The notes below the pieces were generated by a model that saw only the letters and a program-made list of their open reading frames with translations, was not told the origin of the DNA and did no database searches. Below, in pieces: positions 37,088 through 40,817 of a DNA stretch of 40,817 nucleotides. How positions within the stretch are numbered: position 1 is the stretch's first letter; every line of letters starts with the position of its first letter. The stretch is from Alphaproteobacteria bacterium (GTDB lineage Bacteria > Pseudomonadota > Alphaproteobacteria > CACIAM-22H2), in NCBI GenBank assembly GCA_947500965.1, contig CANMWW010000001.1, forward strand, positions 1-40,817, in the 5' to 3' direction. The position numbers and the translations under genes were made by a program.

Positions 37088-37480
37088 TCAGCCCGCCTTG
37101 GGCGGGTGGTGGATGGCGCAGAGCTTGTGGCCGTCGGGATCGCGCACATAGGCGATGTAGTAGCCGGCCTTGCGCGTGCCCGGCGGGTCCTCGGCCGTCT
37201 GCCCGCCATTGGCGAGCGCCGCGGCGTGGAAGGCGTCGACCTGCGCGCTCGAGGCGCACTTGAAGCCGATCGTGAAGCCGTTGGCGACGGTCGCGGGCTT
37301 GCCGTCGATGGGCTGCGTCACCGAGAACATGTTCCCGTCGTGGCGATAGAAGAAGCGCACATGCCCCGACGCGGAGACGTTGCGCATCCCCTCGCCCGCG
37401 CCGATCGCGCCGAGCACGGCGTCGTAGAAGCGCCGGGAGCGCTCGATGTCGTTGGAGCCGACCATGACGTGGTTCAACAT
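37088..37480 (-). CDS. VOC (glyoxalase/bleomycin-resistance/dioxygenase) family protein
   Basis: It is 130 aa, with MLNHVMVGSNDIERSRRFYDAVLG... and YVRDPDGHKLCAI, typical of small VOC proteins. Confidence 0.8.
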   Translation of the reverse strand: MLNHVMVGSNDIERSRRFYDAVLGAIGAGEGMRNVSASGHVRFFYRHDGNMFSVTQPIDGKPATVANGFTIGFKCASSAQVDAFHAAALANGGQTAEDPPGTRKAGYYIAYVRDPDGHKLCAIHHPPKAG

Positions 37481-37541
37481 GCTTCTCGCGCCTCCTCAGC
37501 GCCGCTGGACGATGCGCCGATCCTAGCGCGGAAAGGCGGCC
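37481..37541 (-). promoter_or_regulatory. conserved ~60-nt upstream module, copy A (before the VOC gene)
   Basis: The minus strand reads GGCCGCCTTTCCGCGCTAGGATCGGCGCATCGTCCAGCGGCGCTGAGGAGGCGCGAGAAGC-ATG. By hand alignment it is ~80% identical to copy B, in the same register relative to the start codon. Confidence 0.4.
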
Positions 37542-37552
37542 TGGCGAGCGCG

Positions 37553-38182
37553 TCAGGCGCCGCGCCGGCACCAGGCGAGCGCGTCCTCCAGCCGGTCGTC
37601 GCCCCAGAACACTTCCTCGCCGCACACGAAGTCCGGGGCGCCGAAGATGCCGAGCGCCCGCGCGCGGTCGGTGTTCGCCGCGTAGGCGGCGACGACGTCC
37701 GGCGCCTCGGCGCGCATGGCCGTCCCGGCAGGCCGGCCGAGTCGCTCGAGCACGAGGGCAAGCGCCGCAGGATCGCCGGGATCGCGGTCCTCGAGGAACC
37801 AGGCGCGATAGGCCTCGCGCAGGAAGTCGGCGCACCAGCCCTCGCGCGAGGCCAGCGTCGCGACATGGTTCGCGCGCTCCTGCCCGTCGACCGGGTAGCG
37901 CGAGGGCCGCGCGAAGGGGATGCCGAAGCGCCCCGCGCGGCGCTCGATGTCGCGCCACATGTAGGCGAGCTTCGCCGGCCTGCCGAGGAAGGGGGAGCTG
38001 TCCTGCTCGCGCAGCAGCGTGCGCAGGCTGAAGGGCTTCCAGTCGAGGCGCACGCCCTGCGCGGCCGCCACCGACGCCGCGCGATGCGCCGTCAGGAAGC
38101 CGTAGGTGCTGCCGATGAAGACGTAGCAGTCGAGCGAAGGATCCCTGGCCTTCTCCGCGACGGCGATCTCGTGACCGGACAT
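37553..38182 (-). CDS. DsbA-like thioredoxin-fold protein (2-hydroxychromene-2-carboxylate isomerase / GST-kappa-like family)
   Basis: The C-terminal motif GIFGAPDFVCGEEVFWGDDRLEDAL is typical of the HCCA-isomerase family. The N-terminal position has GSTYG rather than CXXC. Confidence 0.7.
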   Translation of the reverse strand: MSGHEIAVAEKARDPSLDCYVFIGSTYGFLTAHRAASVAAAQGVRLDWKPFSLRTLLREQDSSPFLGRPAKLAYMWRDIERRAGRFGIPFARPSRYPVDGQERANHVATLASREGWCADFLREAYRAWFLEDRDPGDPAALALVLERLGRPAGTAMRAEAPDVVAAYAANTDRARALGIFGAPDFVCGEEVFWGDDRLEDALAWCRRGA

Positions 38183-38239
38183 GTCCCGCGCCTCCTCGCG
38201 CCGTTGGACGAGGCGCGCATGCTATCGGGAAAAGCGGCC
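38183..38239 (-). promoter_or_regulatory. conserved ~60-nt upstream module, copy B (before the DsbA-like gene)
   Basis: The minus strand reads GGCCGCTTTTCCCGATAGCATGCGCGCCTCGTCCAACGGCGCGAGGAGGCGCGGGAC-ATG. See copy A. Confidence 0.4.
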
Positions 38240-38385
38240 CCGCGATCCCGGGATGCGGATGTCCGGTTTCCTTGCAGTCCCGTCGGGGCGACGCGGCAGG
38301 ACGCGGGAATCGCGCGCAAAGCGCGATGGCACGAAAGCTGCTCCGCCGCATCGCACCAGGTCATCGACCAGACGAGGTGGCGCAC

Positions 38386-39219
38386 ATGACGATCGTCCCA
38401 TCGGGCCTTGCCGCGGCGCTGCTGGCCTGCACCGCGCTCGCATGGAGCGCGTCGGCGAGCCCGATCGTGCCGGGCTTCGACGGCACGACCTTCCTCGCCA
38501 ACGACGACGGCACCTATCCCGCGAACGGGCCGGGAAGCGGGACGCCGCCGGGAACCCCGGTCGCCCAGCCGCTCGGCTTCGGCTTCAACTTCTACGGCAC
38601 GACCTACGCGAGCGCGTTCATCAACAACAACGGCAACATCACCTTCAACGGGCCGCAATCCACGTTCACGCCACCCGCGATCACCGGCCCGACCGGCAAC
38701 CCGCTCATCGCGCCCTTCTTCGCCGACGTCGACACGCGCGTCGGCCCGCTGGTCACCTTCGGGACCGGCACGCTTGGCGGCCAGGCCGCCTTCGGCGTGA
38801 ACTGGCTCGGCGTCGGCTTCTACAGCCAGCAGACCGCGCTCGCGAACAGCTTCCAGCTTCTGCTGGTCGATCGCAGCGACATCGCGGCGGGCGACGCGGA
38901 CATCTACTTCAACTACGGGTCCATGCAGTGGGAGACCGGCGACGCGAGCGGCGGCACCGGCGGGCTCGGCGGCACCTGCGCGCATGTCGGCTTCAACAAT
39001 GGCGCCGGCGTCAGCTTCGAGGTGCCCGGGTCCGGCACCTGCGGCGCGCTGGTCGATGGAGGCCCCAACGAGCTGCGGAGCGCGAGCAACGCCGGCGTCC
39101 CCGGCCAGTATCTCTTCGAGGTGCGCGGCGGGTCCATCGACGTGCCCGAGCCCGCGGGCCTGGCCCTGCTCGGCGCCGGCCTGATGGTCCTCGCGGGGAG
39201 CCGGCGCCGCCGACGCTAG
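38386..39219 (+). CDS. secreted NIDO (nidogen-like) domain protein with a C-terminal PEP-CTERM sorting signal
   Basis: It has a signal peptide MTIVPSGLAAALLACTALAWSASA. The NIDO-like core is FGFNFYGTTYASAFINNNGNITFNG...LIAPFFADVDTR. The C-terminus is VPEPAGLALLGAGLMVLAGSRRRRR (PEP motif, TM helix, Arg cluster). GAGGTGG lies before the ATG. Confidence 0.7.
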   Translation: MTIVPSGLAAALLACTALAWSASASPIVPGFDGTTFLANDDGTYPANGPGSGTPPGTPVAQPLGFGFNFYGTTYASAFINNNGNITFNGPQSTFTPPAITGPTGNPLIAPFFADVDTRVGPLVTFGTGTLGGQAAFGVNWLGVGFYSQQTALANSFQLLLVDRSDIAAGDADIYFNYGSMQWETGDASGGTGGLGGTCAHVGFNNGAGVSFEVPGSGTCGALVDGGPNELRSASNAGVPGQYLFEVRGGSIDVPEPAGLALLGAGLMVLAGSRRRRR

Positions 39220-39232
39220 CGCCCCTCCGGCC

Positions 39233-40123
39233 CTACCGTCCCTTCGGGTCGAGGGCGTCGCGCAGCCCGTCGCCCAGCAGGTTGAAGGCGAGGACGACGA
39301 CGAAGATCGACAGGCCCGGGAAGATCGCCATCCACGGCGCCTGGCCGAGGAAGCGCTGCGCGGCGTTGAGCATCGAGCCCCAGCTGGGCGCGGGGGGCTG
39401 CTGGCCGAGGCCAAGGAAGGAGAGGCTCGCCTCGGCGATGATCGCCATCGCGATGGCGAGCGTCGCCTGCACGAGCACGGGCGGCACGATGTTCGGAAGG
39501 ACGTGGCGCAGCGCGATGCGCCAGCGCGGGTTGCCGACGGCGCGCGCGGCCTCGACATAGTCCTCGACCATCGTCGCCATCGTGGCGCCGCGCGCCAGGC
39601 GAACGAAGATCGGCGTTGCCGATATGCCGATCGCGATCATCGCGTTCCTCAGCGACGGGCCGAGGAAGGCCGCCATCGCGATGGCCAGGATCAGGAAGGG
39701 GCAGGCCAGCATCGCGTCTGTGACGCGGCTGATGATCGCGTCGATCCAGCCGCCGCGATATCCGGCCAGCAGCCCGATCGGCACGCCCAGCGCCACCGCG
39801 ATCGTGACCGAGATCACGCCGGCGCGCAGCGAGGCGCTCGCCCCGTGGACGATGCGCGAGAGGATGTCGCGGCCGTTCTCGTCGGTGCCGAACCAGTGCA
39901 GCGCCGAGGGCGCCTTGCGGATCGCGGTCCAGCTGGTCTTCACGGGGTCGTAGGGCGCGATCCAGGGCGCGAGCACCGCGACCAGGACGAATAGCGTCAC
40001 CACGCAAAGCCCGAACACCGCGGCCTTGCGCCGCATCAGCTTGCGCAGCGCGCGCCGCCCGGGGCTGTCGATCCGCGCGCCCGCGCCCGTGCCGCCCGCC
40101 GCGGCTCCCGCGCCCGCGCTCAT
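39233..40123 (-). CDS. peptide-type ABC transporter permease (DppC-like)
   Basis: It has the HWFGTDENGRDILSRIVHGASASL motif. ATGA overlap with the upstream permease. It is 296 aa. Confidence 0.85.
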   Translation of the reverse strand: MSAGAGAAAGGTGAGARIDSPGRRALRKLMRRKAAVFGLCVVTLFVLVAVLAPWIAPYDPVKTSWTAIRKAPSALHWFGTDENGRDILSRIVHGASASLRAGVISVTIAVALGVPIGLLAGYRGGWIDAIISRVTDAMLACPFLILAIAMAAFLGPSLRNAMIAIGISATPIFVRLARGATMATMVEDYVEAARAVGNPRWRIALRHVLPNIVPPVLVQATLAIAMAIIAEASLSFLGLGQQPPAPSWGSMLNAAQRFLGQAPWMAIFPGLSIFVVVLAFNLLGDGLRDALDPKGR

Positions 40124-40817
40124 CGCAGCCTCGGGTTCAGGAGGATGTAGGCGACGTCGGCCAGCAGGTTGAGCGACACGTAGACCGTCGCCGTCACCAG
40201 CACCACGCCCTGCACCACGAGGTAGTCGCGGTTGAACACCGCGTCGACGATCAGCTTGCCGAAGCCGGGGATGGTGAAGACCTGCTCGGTCAGCACCGCG
40301 CCGGAGAGCAGCTGCCCGAACTCGAGCGCGCCCAGCGTCACGATCGGCACGGCGGCGTTGCGCAGCGCGTGCTTCACCACCACGACCTTCTCGGCGAGGC
40401 CCTTGGCGCGCGCGGTGCGCACGTAGTCCTGGCCCAGCACCTGGAGCATCGCGCTGCGGGTGTGGCGCATGAGGACCGCGGCGATCGCGTTGCCGAGCAC
40501 GAAGGCCGGCATGATCGTGGTCTTGATGCTCTGCCAGAAATCCTCGCGCAGGCTGGTGTAGCCCGAGGGCGGCAGCCAGCCGAGCTCGACCGAGAAGAAC
40601 AGGATCATCATGATCCCGAGCCAGAAGTTCGGCGTCGACAGGCCCCAGAGCGCGACGCCGTTGGCAATCCAGTCCCAGGCGCGGTCCTTCTTCACCGCGG
40701 CGACCACGCCCGCGGGGATGCCGATCAGGCAGGCGATGACGAAGGCCATCGTGCCGAGCTGCAGCGTGACGGGGAGCTTCTCCAGAACCAGCTCGGCGAC
40801 CGGGCGCTGGATGCGCA
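40120..40817 (-). CDS. peptide-type ABC transporter permease (DppB-like), C-terminal part; the 5' end lies outside the window
   Basis: The reading frame stays open to the window edge (…RIQRPVAELVLEKLPVTLQLGTMAFVIACLIGIPAG…). It has DYVRTARAKGLAEKVVVVKHALRNA. Confidence 0.8.
   Translation of the reverse strand, partial: RIQRPVAELVLEKLPVTLQLGTMAFVIACLIGIPAGVVAAVKKDRAWDWIANGVALWGLSTPNFWLGIMMILFFSVELGWLPPSGYTSLREDFWQSIKTTIMPAFVLGNAIAAVLMRHTRSAMLQVLGQDYVRTARAKGLAEKVVVVKHALRNAAVPIVTLGALEFGQLLSGAVLTEQVFTIPGFGKLIVDAVFNRDYLVVQGVVLVTATVYVSLNLLADVAYILLNPRLR

Noticed and set aside
37553-38182. Absence of a CXXC motif in the DsbA-like protein as a sign of a pseudogene or a novel function.
   Set aside because: Members of the HCCA-isomerase/GST-kappa branch of the DsbA fold commonly lack CXXC. 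The ORF is intact and has the family C-terminal motif.

Overview
This is a very GC-rich chromosomal segment (GC not computed). It has alphaproteobacterial hallmarks: a SAM-II-type riboswitch ahead of metZ, metZ-apaG linkage, a PEP-CTERM protein, and many Dpp/Opp-type ABC systems. I can support about 38 protein genes, one tRNA-Gly(CCC), one riboswitch, a few promoter, terminator and operator candidates, and a three-copy REP-like intergenic repeat.

Gene order:
- gyrB (3' part)-hslO-lipoprotein (+).
- trkH-folE-apaG-metZ (-).
- phnD-phnC-phnE (+), convergent with an orphan phnM-like amidohydrolase (-).
- tRNA-Gly.
- A peptide-type ABC operon without its own binding protein, plus an M81/MlrC peptidase (+).
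- An HI0933-family flavoprotein and a family-5 binding protein (-).
- A second M81/MlrC paralog (+).
- The REP-like repeat cluster.
- tetR-MFP-RND (+), followed directly by a redoxin-like/2OG-Fe(II) oxygenase fusion and a DHDPS-family gene.
- Convergent to these: a cysteine-dioxygenase-like cupin fused to four rhodanese modules, preceded on the minus strand by a complete peptide-type ABC importer with a fused double ATPase.
- bioY, a GSCFA protein, a VOC protein and a DsbA/HCCA-isomerase-like protein (-).
- A NIDO-domain PEP-CTERM protein (+).
- The end of a further ABC permease pair (-).

I saw no CRISPR array, integrase, transposase, phage or recognisable defence genes. The most interesting candidate for something undescribed is the 25.6-35.1 kb block. 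It combines an importer, a thiol-dioxygenase/rhodanese megafusion, and an efflux operon with an appended oxygenase. It looks like a sulfur or thiol compound handling module, but its function is inference only.

Several very long ORFs in the track run antisense to real genes. They are high-GC artefacts.
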